Source of the DNA: an uncultured bacterium
GTDB taxonomy: Bacteria; Vulcanimicrobiota; Xenobia; Xenobiales; Xenobiaceae
DNA: 36,148 bases
Assembly: GCA_900313515.1 (NCBI GenBank)
Contig: OMRK01000035.1
Coordinates: 1 to 36,148, forward strand
Direction: 5' to 3'
Shown in pieces: positions 7,684-17,665 of this stretch. The translations under genes and the position numbers were made by a program. Positions within the stretch are counted from its first letter, which is position 1. Each line of letters opens with the position of its first letter. Below the pieces are notes generated by a model that saw only the letters and a list, made by a program, of their open reading frames with translations, was not told the DNA's origin and did no database searches.

Positions 7684-8535
7684 TTAGTGCAGCAACTCCC
7701 TAAGATTTTCGGCCAGCTTCTGCCATTGAGACTCCATAGGAAGCTTGTAACCCAATTTATTTATGGAATTTACCAACTGAGCCAATGCCGGCAATTCTAA
7801 AGCCAGCTCCCCAACAACTCTTTCATCGACAAACAATTCCTGTGGTCTCCCCTCAAAGGCAATGGCCCCATCCTTCACAGCCAAGACTCTATCTGCCTGC
7901 ATGACCTCTTCCATATGATGGGTTATATAAATAACTGCCATGCCTAATTCTTGGCGTAGGTTTTCAATAACCTCCAACACACTGCGTCGACCAGCCGAAT
8001 CTAGCATCGCCGTAGGCTCATCCATAATGAGATAACGCGGTTGCATAACCAGAACGCTGGCAATGGCCACCCTCTGAGCCTGCCCGCCAGATAAATAATG
8101 GGGTTCTCGAAAACGCAAATCTTCCAACTTGAGCATTTTCAAAGCCCAATCTATGCGCTGCCTTATTTCCGCGGGTGGAATTCCTAAATTTTCAGGTCCA
8201 AAAGCCAACTCATCCTCTATGGTTGAAGCTACCAACTGCCGAGTAGGATCTTGAAATATCAGACCCACCAACTGACGCACTCGGTACAGCTCTTCATCAT
8301 CGGCAGTATCATAACCATCAACCTTAACACTTCCGCTACTAGGCACCAATAAACCGTTCATAAGCTTAGCTATGGTGGTTTTACCGCATCCGTTAGCTCC
8401 CAAAAGACATACGAATTCTCCCGATTTAACACGGAAACTAACTCTGCGGATAATGCGGCGAGAATCATCTCGTTCTCCCGACTCCTCCTCGAATTGAGTC
8501 GGATAGGCAAAATCGACATCAGCAAGTTCTATCAC
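7684..8535 (-). CDS. ecfA1: ECF transporter ATPase EcfA1
   Basis: Walker A GANGCGKTT, 'AFGPENLG', 'EPHYLSGGQ' and 'DEPTAMLD'. Lies directly downstream of rplQ. Start moved from 8574 to GTG 8535 (MIELADVDF) because the upstream part overlaps a terminator. Confidence 0.93.
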   Translation of the reverse strand: MIELADVDFAYPTQFEEESGERDDSRRIIRRVSFRVKSGEFVCLLGANGCGKTTIAKLMNGLLVPSSGSVKVDGYDTADDEELYRVRQLVGLIFQDPTRQLVASTIEDELAFGPENLGIPPAEIRQRIDWALKMLKLEDLRFREPHYLSGGQAQRVAIASVLVMQPRYLIMDEPTAMLDSAGRRSVLEVIENLRQELGMAVIYITHHMEEVMQADRVLAVKDGAIAFEGRPQELFVDERVVGELALELPALAQLVNSINKLGYKLPMESQWQKLAENLRELLH

Positions 8536-8557
8536 AAAAAGGGCACTCCAACGGAAA

Positions 8558-8604
8558 CAAAAAAATTCCCCCATCTCCTGCCGCGGGGGCAGAAAAAAGG
8601 GGAA
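8558..8604 (-). terminator. Intrinsic terminator of the alpha operon (after rplQ)
   Basis: Minus strand reads TTCCCCTTTTTTCTGCC-CCCGC-GGCAGGAGATGGGGGAA, followed by TTTTTTT. Confidence 0.75.
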
Positions 8605-8623
8605 CCTTCACACCACTACAAAA

Positions 8624-9016
8624 CTAGCGGATCAACTGAAGGACAGCCATAGGAGCGCCATCACCCTTACGAAAACCATTGTGGATGATACGGGTATAAC
8701 CGCCGCACTTATTATCGCCATGCCGCTCAGAGAAACGGACAGCCAAGTTGTCAAAAAGATCTTGAGCCACTTCACGATCGGTGATGTGACGGAACACCCG
8801 ACGCTTGCAGGCCAACGCATCGGCGGGCTCTGCGGCGCCATGGGCCTTGCGAGCCCAAGTGATCAAGGTCTCAGTGAAACGAGCCACCTCTTTAGCGCGG
8901 GGCAGCGTAGTGACGATCTGCTCATTCCTCAACAAGGAAGTAGCCATATTTCTAAGCATTGCAATGCGGTGACCTGTCTGACGTCCTAAGGTCCGGCTGC
9001 GAACTTTGTGTCTCAT
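8624..9016 (-). CDS. rplQ: 50S ribosomal protein L17
   Basis: 'MRHK...LGRQTGHRIAMLRNMATSL...TTLPRAKE' and 'GGYTRI...RKGDGAPMA'. Confidence 0.98.
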   Translation of the reverse strand: MRHKVRSRTLGRQTGHRIAMLRNMATSLLRNEQIVTTLPRAKEVARFTETLITWARKAHGAAEPADALACKRRVFRHITDREVAQDLFDNLAVRFSERHGDNKCGGYTRIIHNGFRKGDGAPMAVLQLIR

Positions 9017-9118
9017 TGGAAAACACTCCTAATAATTATGAAAAAAAATTCTCAAAACTTAGCGGCAGAGAAATGGGGTCCTGCTACTACCAGCGCCCAC
9101 TAATGCTGGACCGGCCTA

Positions 9119-10093
9119 CTACTGCTGCGGAGAAGCCTCCGGAGTACTGGGACGCAGAGACTTGTTGCGCTGGGCCAGCTTATCTTGAATCTCAACCAAA
9201 GACTTTTGGCCGAAATTCTTCAACTTCATAAGCTGAGCTTCACTGTAGTTGAGAAGATCATCAACGTAGAGTATGCCAGCTCTCTTCAAGCAATTCAGAG
9301 AGCGCACAGACAGCTCCAGCTCCTCTATTTGAGCACTATCCCTGCCAGCAGGAGCCGGTTCCTGCTCAACAACACCATCAGCCTGATTTTGCAGACGGGC
9401 AAAAAGATCTAACCTCTCCTGCAACATCATCGCCGCTTCGGCAACTGCCTCATAAGGCTTAAGGCTGCCGTCAGTCTCCACCTCCAAGACCAAGCGATCA
9501 TAATCGGTTCTCTGCCCTACGCGGGTGTCCTGAACCTCATAATTAACTCGAATCACCGGACTGAAAATAGAATCTATGGGTATAGTGCCAATGCTCTGCT
9601 GCTCTTGACGGAACTGCTTCTCGGCCGGAACATAGCCAGTTCCCAACGAAACAGACATGTCCATGACGAAACGCGAATCATCCTCTGTCAAGGTAGCAAT
9701 CTTAAGATCCGGATTCAGAATTTCCACCTCAGGATCGGCCTCGATATCGGCAGCTGTAACTATGCCAACACCGGAAGCATCTATATGCAGAACCTTCTCC
9801 TCACCCGTATCGGTATTCATACGCATGCGGAGCTTCTTAAGGTTCAGAATAATCTCCGTGGTATCTTCCTTCACTCCGGGGATGGTAGAGAACTCGTGAA
9901 GTACCCCATCAATACGGATATGCGTAACTGCCGCACCAACCAAAGAAGAGAGCAAGACACGCCTGAGCGAATTGCCAAGAGTGATACCGTAACCACGTTC
10001 CAATGGCTCTACAATGAAACAATTCTCGCCAACCTGGCGAACTTCTGCCCTAGCCTGATCGCTTACGGCATCCATCAAGTTTGTGTCCAGCAT
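9119..10093 (-). CDS. rpoA: RNA polymerase alpha subunit
   Basis: 'EPLERGYGITLGNSLRRVLLSSL', 'HEFSTIPGVKED' and 'ELSVRSLNCLKRAGI'. Confidence 0.99.
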   Translation of the reverse strand: MLDTNLMDAVSDQARAEVRQVGENCFIVEPLERGYGITLGNSLRRVLLSSLVGAAVTHIRIDGVLHEFSTIPGVKEDTTEIILNLKKLRMRMNTDTGEEKVLHIDASGVGIVTAADIEADPEVEILNPDLKIATLTEDDSRFVMDMSVSLGTGYVPAEKQFRQEQQSIGTIPIDSIFSPVIRVNYEVQDTRVGQRTDYDRLVLEVETDGSLKPYEAVAEAAMMLQERLDLFARLQNQADGVVEQEPAPAGRDSAQIEELELSVRSLNCLKRAGILYVDDLLNYSEAQLMKLKNFGQKSLVEIQDKLAQRNKSLRPSTPEASPQQ

Positions 10094-10210
10094 CAGTACA
10101 CCTCGAATTAAGCTGCTATTTCACACATCCCTAAAGGGCACGCCCTCCGTTCCTGTTCACCTGAATAGAACCAGACATCACAGAGAAGCGCACCCCTTAA
10201 GCTGCTATAA

Positions 10211-10846
10211 CTAACCCATACGGTTGTAGTACTCGACGATAACCTTCTCGTTAATTTCGAGGGGAATGTCAGCCCTGGTGGGCAGGTTAAGAACCTTACC
10301 ACAGGCCTTAGTATCGTCCAACTCCAACCAAGCAGGTACCTTACGTACACGAGCAGAGGCGATAGACTGCTGGTTAAATTCCTTGTTGGCTATCTTCTCA
10401 CGCAGCTCGATAACCATACCGGGCTTCACTAAGAAAGAGGGGATATCCACCTTACGACCATTGACCGTAATATTGCCATGAGAGACTAACTGACGTGCGG
10501 CAGGACGAGAGGTAGTGAAACCAAGACGATAGACCACACTGTCAAGACGACGCTCCAAAATGCGCAAGAAGTTATCACCAGTGATCCCCTCTTGGCTGGA
10601 AGCTTTAAAGAAATAATTCCTAAACACACGCTCGGTCACGCCGTAAATGCGACGCAACTTCTGCTTCTCGCGCAACTGAACACTGTAGCCAGTAGCGCGA
10701 CGACGAACGTTAGAACCATGCTGTCCCGGAGGATACGCGCGGCGTTCCATCGCGCAATGAGGAGTAAGGCATCTCTCCCCTTTTAAGAACAGCTTCGTCT
10801 GTTCACGCCGGCACATTTTGCAGACCGGACCGGTATACCTGGACAC
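10211..10846 (-). CDS. rpsD: 30S ribosomal protein S4
   Basis: 'SRYTGPVCKMCRRE', 'QLREKQK' and 'LERRLDSVVYRLG'. Start set at GTG 10846 behind GGAGG. Confidence 0.98.
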   Translation of the reverse strand: MSRYTGPVCKMCRREQTKLFLKGERCLTPHCAMERRAYPPGQHGSNVRRRATGYSVQLREKQKLRRIYGVTERVFRNYFFKASSQEGITGDNFLRILERRLDSVVYRLGFTTSRPAARQLVSHGNITVNGRKVDIPSFLVKPGMVIELREKIANKEFNQQSIASARVRKVPAWLELDDTKACGKVLNLPTRADIPLEINEKVIVEYYNRMG

Positions 10847-10919
10847 GAATATTTCCTCCAAAAAATAGAAGCGATCAAAAGTTCAATGCTTAACGATCGC
10901 ACAATCTTCACAAAGAATA

Positions 10920-11318
10920 CTACACCCTACGACGCTTGGGGGGGCGGCAACCGTTATGCGGAATGGGAGTAACATCGCGCATAAGGGTAACTTCTAAGCC
11001 AGCGGACTGAAGAGCACGAATGGCGGCTTCACGGCCTTGTCCCACACCTTTAACGTTTACACGAACGGTGCGCATGCCATGCTCTATAGCAGTTTGAGCA
11101 GCCTTTTCAGCGGCTACGCTGGCAGCAAAGGGTGTACTCTTACGAGAGCCCTTAAAGCCGTGCGAACCTGCCGTAGACCACGATATAACATTACCAGCCA
11201 CATCGGTGATAGTAACGATATTATTGTTATCCGTGGAAAGAATGTGGGCTACCCCACTGGGCACGTTCTTAAAAACTTTTCTACCGCGACCACGAACGCG
11301 GCCTTGCTTCTTAGCCAT
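10920..11318 (-). CDS. rpsK: 30S ribosomal protein S11
   Basis: '[13 protein letters not shown]' and '[18 protein letters not shown]'. Confidence 0.99.
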   Translation of the reverse strand: MAKKQGRVRGRGRKVFKNVPSGVAHILSTDNNNIVTITDVAGNVISWSTAGSHGFKGSRKSTPFAASVAAEKAAQTAIEHGMRTVRVNVKGVGQGREAAIRALQSAGLEVTLMRDVTPIPHNGCRPPKRRRV

Positions 11319-11327
11319 GTTCTATTC

Positions 11328-11699
11328 CTACGCTTTCTTGCTGCGGCCTACGGTGCGCTTGGGGCCTTTGCGAGTACGAGCATTGGTCTTCGTGCGCTGA
11401 CCGTGCACGGGGAGACTGCGGCGGTGACGGATGCCACGATAGCAACCGATATCCATGAGCCGCTTGATGCTCTGGGTAATTTCACGGCGGAGGTCACCCT
11501 CTACCTTGTGCTTATGTTCAATGATCTCGCGGAGACGAGTAACGGTATCCTCGGAGATGTCACGAACGCGGACGAGTGGGTCGATACCCACTTCTTCGAT
11601 AATTTGTTTGGCTGTGGTACGTCCAATACCAAAGATATACGTAAGAGCGATTCCAATACCCTTATCTCTTGGTAAGTCGACGCCGGCGATTCTGGCCAC
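11328..11699 (-). CDS. rpsM: 30S ribosomal protein S13
   Basis: '[10 protein letters not shown]' and '[28 protein letters not shown]'. Confidence 0.99.
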   Translation of the reverse strand: MARIAGVDLPRDKGIGIALTYIFGIGRTTAKQIIEEVGIDPLVRVRDISEDTVTRLREIIEHKHKVEGDLRREITQSIKRLMDIGCYRGIRHRRSLPVHGQRTKTNARTRKGPKRTVGRSKKA

Positions 11700-11712
11700 G
11701 AATCGATTCCTC

Positions 11713-11826
11713 CTATCCCTGGACCTGCTTGTGCTTGGGGTTAGTGCAAATTACCCTAACCCGGCCTTTACGTCTGATGATACGGCATTTTTCACACCGC
11801 ACACGCACGGAAGGTTTCACCTTCAT
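11713..11826 (-). CDS. rpmJ: 50S ribosomal protein L36 (Zn-ribbon form)
   Basis: Below the ORF-track size cutoff. Manual translation [37 protein letters not shown], with RBS GGAGG. Confidence 0.97.
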   Translation of the reverse strand: MKVKPSVRVRCEKCRIIRRKGRVRVICTNPKHKQVQG

Positions 11827-12048
11827 AACTTGTTCCTCCAGATATCTCATGGTTGAGGCCACTAAGAAGAACTCAATTAACCTAGCAAGCCGACCTTAAG
11901 ATTACAAATTCGATCTCTCGATCTAAAAAAAAACTGACCTTTGGAAATAACGTCGCATCCTTCCCGCCTGAAACGGAGGCATACCCTAGCAGCCTTATAG
12001 ACCCTAGCTACAGAGTCTGTATATAAAGGGTTGGAATAATGCCTAGAC

Positions 12049-12077
12049 AGTTTACTACAAGAGAGCATGCTAGTCAA
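12049..12077 (-). promoter_or_regulatory. sigma70-type promoter of the rpmJ-rpsM-rpsK-rpsD-rpoA-rplQ operon
   Basis: TTGACT, a 17-nt spacer and TAAACT on the minus strand, about 220 nt upstream of rpmJ. Confidence 0.65.
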
Positions 12078-12134
12078 TACCATTGCCAGGGCAATAATTC
12101 TCCGTTTTCGACAGCATACCCATATTCAGATGTA

Positions 12135-12905
12135 CTAAGTAGCCCCATCGGTTAGAACTTTTGCCTCTCCATCGGTGACGGCCACAGTATGTTCAAAATG
12201 AGCCGAGGGCTTACCGTCGGTGGTAACATATGTCCAACCGTCGTCCAGTGGAGCAATCTTGTAAGTGCCCAAATTGATCATGGGCTCTATAGCCAACACC
12301 ATCCCCGCTTTAAGCTGCGGCCCCTTAAATCCGGTATCATAGTTGGGCACCTGAGGGGGTTCATGCATGTTGCGTCCTATACCATGCCCAACCATGGCTC
12401 TAACAACACCAAAGCCGTTCTTTTCGGCATGGTGCTGTACGGCCAATCCAATATCCCGAATAAAATTACCCGGCTTGGCTTGAGCGATCCCCAAATAAAG
12501 ACACTCTTTGGTAACATCAATCAGTTTGCGCACCTGTTCCGGTACCTCACCCACGATATGAGTTCTGGCTGAATCGGACACCCAACCCTTATAGGTAACG
12601 CAACAATCCACAGAAACGATGTCACCTTCCTTGACAATCCGCTTAGCACTGGGAATACCATGAACCACTTCCTCATTTATGGATATACAGCAAGTGGCCG
12701 GAAAACCGCCGTATCCCAGACAACTAGGAATCGCTCCCTTACTGCGAATAAATTCCTCGGCCAACTTATCCAGCTCTAAGGTAGAGATACCCGGCCGAAT
12801 GTGCTGAGCCACAAGATCATGACAGGCGCACAAAATATCGCCTGACGCCTTTATAAGCTCAATTTCATGTGGAGTCTTAATTTTAACTTTTTCGTGCAAA
12901 CGCAT
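12135..12905 (-). CDS. map: Methionine aminopeptidase type I
   Basis: 'CISINEEVVHGIP', 'GHGIG..MHEPP', 'AIEPMIN' and 'SAHFEHTVAVT'. Confidence 0.98.
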   Translation of the reverse strand: MRLHEKVKIKTPHEIELIKASGDILCACHDLVAQHIRPGISTLELDKLAEEFIRSKGAIPSCLGYGGFPATCCISINEEVVHGIPSAKRIVKEGDIVSVDCCVTYKGWVSDSARTHIVGEVPEQVRKLIDVTKECLYLGIAQAKPGNFIRDIGLAVQHHAEKNGFGVVRAMVGHGIGRNMHEPPQVPNYDTGFKGPQLKAGMVLAIEPMINLGTYKIAPLDDGWTYVTTDGKPSAHFEHTVAVTDGEAKVLTDGAT

Positions 12906-13112
12906 TTTTCAAGCCTCACGCCCGGATCTTCCCCTCACACCAGATCCAGCCACCCCCCATTATTATCTATCTTTCAACACGACAGTCCCAACGGTCAAAG
13001 TCAGAGCATCCATAAGTCAGAAAAACCATCTTAAGTGCTGAAAAGATCGCCATCTTTCATGTCAGCGCTGCCATAAGCAATAAAATAGCTTTCCTATCCA
13101 AATAGAAGTCTA

Positions 13113-13763
13113 TCAACTGAATTTAGCGGCTAAAACTGAAAATTGCCTGTCCACCTCCTGGCTACCTTGACTGCCATCTAAGGTAACCAACAACCCCAGA
13201 CCTTTATAATAATCTATCAAGGGCTCAGTAGAGCGGCGGTAAACTTCCAGACGAGACTTTATCACATCTTCATGATCGTCGGGACGGTGAACTAACTCAT
13301 GCTGGCATTGATCACAGGTATTTTCCACCTTGGGCGGGCAGTTTTTTATGTTATAAACGGCATTACAATTGGGACACACACGGCGCGTAACTAAGCGGCC
13401 TACCAGTATTTCATCGGGGACCTCAAAGGCAACAACCGCATCTAAGGGCTTGCCAGCTTTGTGCAAACGCTCCTGCAAAGCTTCCGCCTGCTGCAGGGTG
13501 CGGGGGAAACCGTCAAAAATAAAGCCTTTAGCACAATCCGGTCTTCCTAGGCGATCAAAAACCACGTCCAAAACTAATTCATCGGGAACAAGCTCCCCTC
13601 TGTCTATATAAGAAGCAATTTTCTGTCCAAAAGAACTACCAGAAGCTCGATGCTCCCGGAAAATATCACCGGTGGAGATATGGGGAGTTCCGTACTCCTT
13701 TACAATGAAACTTGACAGCGTTCCCTTGCCACAACCAGGGGGGCCAATCAAAACTAAACGCAT
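13113..13763 (-). CDS. adk: Adenylate kinase (Zn-binding LID)
   Basis: 'GPPGCGKGT', 'HISTGDIFR', 'DGFPRT' and LID 'CPNC...CDQC'. Confidence 0.98.
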   Translation of the reverse strand: MRLVLIGPPGCGKGTLSSFIVKEYGTPHISTGDIFREHRASGSSFGQKIASYIDRGELVPDELVLDVVFDRLGRPDCAKGFIFDGFPRTLQQAEALQERLHKAGKPLDAVVAFEVPDEILVGRLVTRRVCPNCNAVYNIKNCPPKVENTCDQCQHELVHRPDDHEDVIKSRLEVYRRSTEPLIDYYKGLGLLVTLDGSQGSQEVDRQFSVLAAKFS

Positions 13764-13960
13764 AAATCTTCTCCTTCTTGAGAAATCTTACCTAACATCA
13801 GTTCGGCAAGCCACCTTCTAGCTAAGTTTACCTCTGCCTGCCTGAAAACCGACCGCGGAGAGCCAGGTAATTCCTTGATCGGTACAGGATCGCTCTCCAG
13901 ACCCAGGCCTCCCCATCAGTAAAAGGGGGAATTGTTCCCGCTGGAACGAAGCACGGGCGC

Positions 13961-14632
13961 GTGCTGGACTTTTATCTCAACAAGAAAGTGGTCTTTTTAG
14001 AAGATCCCGACGAAGATTTACAGGCCAGGAGCCTAGTGCACGAAGATCTCAATGCCATAAGAGGCTGGTTCAAAGATCTATCCCTGGTGCGTTATTCCTT
14101 TGGTGTTGTAAACTTTACCGATTCAGAATGTCATACCGCCGCCGAAGACTACATGCGCCTGGTCTCCAATCCCCATTCTCCTTGCTACTTTGTGGCAGTT
14201 TGCCATAAAGATTCAAAGATACTGGGATTGTGCAAGTACGACCTGCGCTCTACTGACGGCGTAGGCCGGGTGGCTCTGGCCGGTATAATGATGGGTGATC
14301 CCCACTGCCGCAGCCACGGCGTGGGCACCAAGGCCATGGCCCTATTCATCCGCTTCCTTTTTGAAAAAGAAGATGTTTCACTGGTCGAAGTGGAAACAGC
14401 TGACTACAACGTGCGCGCCCAGCGTTGCTTTGCCAAAGTTGGCTTTGAGATCTGTGATCATCTTTACAGCTTGGAAGGGGCCTTGAATTACGGATTCGGA
14501 AAGAAGGATGCTCCCAAGATATTGATGCGTCTAGACAAAGAGCGCTACCTAAAGTGCTTAGCCCCTGTCGGCGGAGTGCTTAAGGAAAAGAAAACTCACG
14601 CCCTAAGTACCTTTGATTTCCAAGCCCCTTAG
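13961..14632 (+). CDS. GNAT N-acetyltransferase, RimJ/RimL-like
   Basis: 'GIMMGDPHCRSHGVGTKAM' (acetyl-CoA motif A) and 'YNVRAQRCFAKVGF' (motif B). Confidence 0.8.
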   Translation: MLDFYLNKKVVFLEDPDEDLQARSLVHEDLNAIRGWFKDLSLVRYSFGVVNFTDSECHTAAEDYMRLVSNPHSPCYFVAVCHKDSKILGLCKYDLRSTDGVGRVALAGIMMGDPHCRSHGVGTKAMALFIRFLFEKEDVSLVEVETADYNVRAQRCFAKVGFEICDHLYSLEGALNYGFGKKDAPKILMRLDKERYLKCLAPVGGVLKEKKTHALSTFDFQAP

Positions 14633-15819
14633 AACAGGCTCAGCCCCCAGCCTCCGCCTTTGCTGGATTCATAGTCACTAACAAAGCGCTTGACAACCCT
14701 ATCTATCTTATTTTCCCAGCCGGGCTCCATAGGCTTCACCGATTCCAGCAGAGAGGGTTCAAGGATCCCCTGGCGCTCGTAAAACTTAACGCTTAAATCG
14801 GCCACACTCTTCACAATTCTCAGGCTGAAGGGTGTAGGATAGGCCAGGGTAAACTCAAAGAAGTCGAGGTTTTGAGGCAGGTAAGGAGTGTGGCACTCGT
14901 TGGAATAACGCTGCAAAAGCCCATTTAAATGCACGTAAAGCCGCTCCTTCAACTTAACTACAGCCTCTTCGAAGCGATCCTCTCGGCTAACCTGGGGCAG
15001 GCTCACCATCATCCCCAGACTCTTGAGATCTTCAGTCATGTTCTCGGCGCTGGCGTAGCGATCCTCCGGCCAAGTTCCCAGGGCGTAATAGATAATCTGC
15101 GCTAAATTTTCCGGAACTTTTACGCCAAAATCCTCAAAAGCGGGGAAGTCCCAATCCTCAGGCTTGCGACCAGTTAGCAGTTCATGCATGGAAGCTCCCA
15201 GAGCGTATATATCGCTACTGGGCTCGGGTTGGCCCTGCTGCTGCTCAGCCGGAGCATACCCAGGCGTACCAATCCAGAAACCATCGGTGGGATTGGTTAC
15301 ACGAGAGATACCAAAGTCTATAAGCATAAGACGCTGGTCACGAGAGCGCAACAGCAAGTTTGAGGGCTTAATATCGCGGTGGGTAATAACAGGGTTGTGA
15401 CTATGGAGGTATTTAAGAGCATCCAGAGTTTGCAAGGCCCAACCAACCACTTGCTCTGGTGAAAGACCAGGATTACCTTCATCTTTCAATATGGTGGCTA
15501 GATCTCGCCCCTCTATATATTCCATAGCAAAGAAGAAGGAATTCTCATAGACAAACGAGCTGTAAATTTTCGGAATGCTGGGATGATTTAAAGATTGCAT
15601 TACCTGTACTTCCGACAAGAAGCGGTCTATGGAAATCTGGCGCTCCTCAGTGCGGACAGAGGGATCCAACATTTGCTTTAATGCGCAGATCCGATCATTC
15701 ACCATGCGGTCTTTAGACTCGTAAACAGCTCCCATTCCCCCAGCCTTTATGGGCTTAACTATTTCAAAACGTCCATCCAACACAGTCCCAGGCTCTAAAG
15801 TAAAATTACCGACACCCAT
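14629..15819 (-). CDS. Hanks-type serine/threonine protein kinase, soluble
   Basis: 'GGMGAVY', 'ALK', 'HRDIKPSN', 'DFG', 'GTPGYAPAE' and 'SDIYALG'. No transmembrane segment is visible. Confidence 0.95.
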   Translation of the reverse strand: MGVGNFTLEPGTVLDGRFEIVKPIKAGGMGAVYESKDRMVNDRICALKQMLDPSVRTEERQISIDRFLSEVQVMQSLNHPSIPKIYSSFVYENSFFFAMEYIEGRDLATILKDEGNPGLSPEQVVGWALQTLDALKYLHSHNPVITHRDIKPSNLLLRSRDQRLMLIDFGISRVTNPTDGFWIGTPGYAPAEQQQGQPEPSSDIYALGASMHELLTGRKPEDWDFPAFEDFGVKVPENLAQIIYYALGTWPEDRYASAENMTEDLKSLGMMVSLPQVSREDRFEEAVVKLKERLYVHLNGLLQRYSNECHTPYLPQNLDFFEFTLAYPTPFSLRIVKSVADLSVKFYERQGILEPSLLESVKPMEPGWENKIDRVVKRFVSDYESSKGGGWGLSLF

Positions 15820-16104
15820 TACTTCCTATCCCAAACACCCTCTATTGTTTTAGCGCACCAGCACGCCGTCTTAAACGCCCCCCCAAGCACAACCAACTTT
15901 TCTAAGACAACTAAGGATAATAGAGGCCTCACCCACCATTCAAGCCACCTTTTGTTAAATAACCCCCAAAATAAACACAATCTAGATGCACCATCTGGTC
16001 TTAGGTGCCTTATTCAAGCTAAAGCCTCCTCTTGGGCGAGCACCAGGGCACCGGACAAACGCAAGGATAGTTAGCCTCTGCGGCCCTCCCCCCCAACACG
16101 CAGA

Positions 16105-17586
16105 CTAGAACCTCTTGCCGGCTCCTACCACTGGCGAGCTGTTGCGCTTGTCCGTAACATCACGCACACCACCGTAAATATACCAGTCAGAGGGCAGTCT
16201 CAACTTACCTAAAACGTCTATCTTTATATCTCTGGGATCATAAACATCCAGACTTGTCTCCAAACGTTTATCGAAAAGCCACGCATCGGCTCCTACGCCA
16301 ATTTTAGAACGTACAATACCGCCGCGCAGCCTCCACTTATCCCAAGTTTTACCAGCCTGTAAGTTGAGCAAATTCTCATTGCCAATAGAATCCAGACCAA
16401 GCTTAACTGTGACTGGCCCACCCTCGGGGAAGAGCCAAGCGCTGGCATTAGTGGAAAGCTTACCATTACTAATGCTGAGTTCTTCGGCCACATCGGCTCC
16501 AAAAAGCTTTTTACCTCCCAACTGACCTAAACCACCACCAGTAACCTTATCGACCGTCTTTTCCACCTTGCCGGTAATACGCTTAACTGAACCGGTGGCC
16601 TCACGCACATTGCTAACCGTTTCTTTAATATCTTCCTGAACCTTAGGATCACCGGTAATGGAACGAATATCTCCGGCGATTCCAGCCACTTCCTCGCTCA
16701 CCTTGCGAATATTGGCAGCAATTGCCAAAATGTCATCGTGAACCTGAGGATTGTCAGCCAAACTTTCCAGAGCCGAAGCCGTATTGCGCAAACTGGAAGA
16801 CATTTGTCGCAAATTCATAACTATAGTGTTTATGTTTCCGGTGTTATCCTGAATTAAGGTATTGACCGAGCCACTAGCCTGACGCACATTGGCGCCGATA
16901 TCGGCAGCATCGGAGCGCAACTGGGCAACGGTAGCCGAAGCGTTGTCCATAACATCTTCAAAAGTAGCGGCTAGGCGATTCATGCGCACCCGAACCTCAC
17001 CAATAAGCTGGCGAGCATCGCCGCTGGCATCCTTCAAATTAGTGGAGATATCGCGGATATTGGTAACTGTAACCTTGATGTCTTTCTTAAAGGCATCATC
17101 ACCGATAATTTCATTTAAGGCCATGACAGAACTGCGCAACTCCTCCATGAGCTGGCTACCCTCCTGAGCCAACTGTTCCAAAGAAATGGGGGTGGTACCC
17201 ACAACTGTCTCACCAGGCGCAATCGGCTCTACTCCCTCGGGGATGGAATTAGACTTTATATCTAGCCACTTATCTCCCAGAAGGCTGGAGGCTATGGAGT
17301 AAACGAAATAATCAGAGCTATAAAGGCGCACCCCATCACGATTTACAACCACGGTAACGTCCACTCTGTTTTGATTGTTCAGCTCTATATTGGAAACATA
17401 ACCTATGCGAACACCGGAAAGACGCACCGAAGAGCGCACCTGTAGTCCCTGCACATCATCGAACATTACATGGTATTTACTGCCAGAATCAGGCCCAACC
17501 TTGCCTATCTCCAAAAAGACGAGGCCCAACAAAATACAGGCCACAACCGTTACCATACCTACCCTTGCCGCAGGACTAAGCCCCAT
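16105..17586 (-). CDS. mlaD: MlaD/MCE family protein with long helical region and C-terminal beta-rich domain
   Basis: N-terminal TM helix, MCE motifs 'GLQVRSSVRLSGVRIGYV' and 'SLLGDKWLDI', a long heptad-like region, and alternating beta-strands ending in '...GAGKRF'. Confidence 0.9.
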   Translation of the reverse strand: MGLSPAARVGMVTVVACILLGLVFLEIGKVGPDSGSKYHVMFDDVQGLQVRSSVRLSGVRIGYVSNIELNNQNRVDVTVVVNRDGVRLYSSDYFVYSIASSLLGDKWLDIKSNSIPEGVEPIAPGETVVGTTPISLEQLAQEGSQLMEELRSSVMALNEIIGDDAFKKDIKVTVTNIRDISTNLKDASGDARQLIGEVRVRMNRLAATFEDVMDNASATVAQLRSDAADIGANVRQASGSVNTLIQDNTGNINTIVMNLRQMSSSLRNTASALESLADNPQVHDDILAIAANIRKVSEEVAGIAGDIRSITGDPKVQEDIKETVSNVREATGSVKRITGKVEKTVDKVTGGGLGQLGGKKLFGADVAEELSISNGKLSTNASAWLFPEGGPVTVKLGLDSIGNENLLNLQAGKTWDKWRLRGGIVRSKIGVGADAWLFDKRLETSLDVYDPRDIKIDVLGKLRLPSDWYIYGGVRDVTDKRNSSPVVGAGKRF

Positions 17587-17665
17587 CTTTTTTTTCTCCT
17601 TTACAACACTACGTCAAAAATTCAAACTTTTTACAAAATTATCGGATCTATTATCCTGCTTCTGC

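Noticed and set aside
11877-12083. 68-aa ORF at the position where infA is expected
   Set aside because: No IF-1 motifs, and it overlaps the predicted promoter and leader.
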